Origin: Lingula anatina | Lineage: Eukaryota; Animalia; Brachiopoda | Length of the DNA stretch: 64,000 nt | Reading direction: 5' to 3' | Assembly: GCA_051362555.1 (NCBI GenBank) | Contig: CM120644.1 | Location: forward strand, 24,574,534-24,638,533 | Notes under the pieces: model-generated | The model's input: only the letters and a program-made list of their open reading frames with translations | Told to the model about the DNA's origin: nothing | Databases searched by the model: none | Made by a program: the position numbers and the translations under genes | Part shown: piece after piece, positions 63,201 to 64,000 of the stretch | Numbering within the stretch: the first letter of the stretch is position 1 | Layout of the letters: each line of letters starts with the position of its first letter

Positions 63201-63389
63201 AGCCAGTCTACCATCCGGTGGTCATTCATCTACCTGTCCAAAAAACCTACGATGAGAAACAGACCCCGAGCGTGGCTCCCCCGCACCAAACCTATCACCA
63301 GTCTGCCCCTGCCGTACAACAGGCCCCACAGCCACAGCCACAGCCACAGGTCCCAGCCCCGGCGCCTGCGCAGTCAGTGCAGACAGCTG
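51485..63389 (+). CDS. Secreted multi-PAN/Apple-domain protein with Thr/Pro- and His/Pro/Gln-rich linkers (5' part; no stop codon in the window)
   Basis: Phase-consistent GT-AG exons: 51485-51587 (signal-peptide-like MAGKHVLLVALQVVLFSDCVNS), 55261-55509, 55914-56147, 56854-57114, 57755-57865, 58303-58524, 58771-58794, 59478-59659, 60492-60618, 61492-61503, 62386-62604, 63117-63389; six C-x3-C..C..(F/Y)D(F/Y)..C PAN-type repeats; about 672 codons. Confidence 0.85.
53994..54356. mobile_element. Kolobok-like MITE family B with TTAA TSD
   Basis: TTAA-AGGGATAACAACTGTTC ... GAACAGTTTTGTCTCT-TTAA; internal (CA)n. Confidence 0.75.
57180..57355. mobile_element. hAT-like MITE family C (intronic copy)
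   Basis: TAGCCAGGGGG ... GCTGGCTACAGGCC; similar to 47745-48186 without the nested insert. Confidence 0.5.
57452..57618. mobile_element. hAT-like MITE
   Basis: CAGGGGCGGAT ... ATCCGCCCCTA TIRs; flanks share TAGCT. Confidence 0.55.
59010..59254. mobile_element. Tc1/mariner-like MITE
   Basis: ACACACACTGGACAATAG..GTGTCACCCC inverted against GGGGTGACAC..CTATTGTCCAGTGTGTGTA. Confidence 0.7.
59753..59998. mobile_element. PIF/Harbinger-like MITE with TAA TSD
   Basis: TAA-GGCCACACTTTTTT ... AAAAAAGTGTGGCC-TAA. Confidence 0.8.
60683..60950. mobile_element. Mutator/MULE-like foldback MITE with about 105-bp TIRs and 9-bp TSD
   Basis: GGCCTACCCAACTACCAGACTC... inverted against ...GAGTCTGGTAGTTGGGTAGGCC; TGAAGACCA at 60674-60682 and 60951-60959. 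Confidence 0.88.
62777..62984 (+). mobile_element. PIF/Harbinger-like MITE family A (intronic copy)
   Basis: CATTCCCAGAGATTAGATCGATC ... GATCGATCTAAAATCTATGGGAATG TIRs; right flank TAA; collinear with 15846-16060. Confidence 0.75.
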
Positions 63390-63500
63390 GTATGCTTTGA
63401 TATTTTAATTTGATTGATATTTCTATAAAAAAAAGAAAAAAACTCGAGCTTGGTCCATGCGTTGTAATTTTTGTTCTTTTCGGAGATTATTGAATGTAGA

Positions 63501-64000
63501 TAGGGGAGACCGGGGCACGTTCGGCCCCTTTTCCTTTGATCGGTTGTAGTTCAGCTGTTTGACGACGAATCTCAATGATGTGTTTTGAGTAGATAGACTG
63601 CTAAATTTCCTTTTTTTATACATTGGTCAAATGTAAAGAAGACCTTGCGTTTTTAAGAAATTTAACATGAAATAAATTTCCAACACGTGGCCGAACGTGC
63701 CCCGGCCTGGGGCACGTTCGGCCTCTCGATGGAGCACGTTCGGGCTGCAAATTCAAATGCTTTCCTACCGATTTCTTTTATTTCCATTTCACATGAATAC
63801 CTTAAAAATAGGTGTTTTGGTGCTAAACAGTGACGATATACTTGAAATAAGTAATATAGTTAGGTTTTAGAAAGATATGTAGGCCTAATTGAAATTGTTT
63901 GTTTGGTACATGTTTGTCCTGGAACTACATATATTGAACTTCTATTTTTTAATGCATAGGTCTTTATACTTCTCATGTATATACATTACAGAACATGAAG
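63501..64000. mobile_element. Left end of a pogo/mariner-like TIR element (probably continues past the window)
   Basis: TA-GGGGAGACCGGGGCACGTTCGGCC terminus; the same motif recurs in both orientations at 63690-63745; other end not seen. Confidence 0.5.

Overview
AT-rich eukaryotic genomic DNA from a metazoan, probably a marine lophotrochozoan (taxon is inferred). It carries spliceosomal introns, microsatellites and many transposon relics. No prokaryotic features, CRISPR array or rRNA/tRNA gene were seen. Host genes, all on the + strand: three intronless RING/B-box/B-box/coiled-coil/NHL (TRIM-NHL) paralogues (11243-13453, 29618-31888, 44570-46759); an 11-exon KLHL10-like BTB-BACK-Kelch gene (33442-38006); and the 5' part of a large secreted multi-PAN/Apple-domain gene with microexons (51485 to beyond the window end). 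The first two TRIM genes lie in an old segmental duplication that also carries a C1q-domain pseudo-exon and a decayed second copy of the TRIM promoter and start codon. Mobile DNA includes an internally deleted BEL/Pao LTR retrotransposon with near-identical LTRs, a 3-kb long-TIR element with a 6-bp TSD, a Tc1 relic, many MITEs (some nested) and two higher-order tandem arrays. The most interesting signals are (i) TRIM-NHL paralogues with a diversified propeller surface and patchy homogenisation, and (ii) a 5' LTR that lacks exactly a GT-AG segment present in its own 3' LTR. All calls were made by eye, with no database searches.
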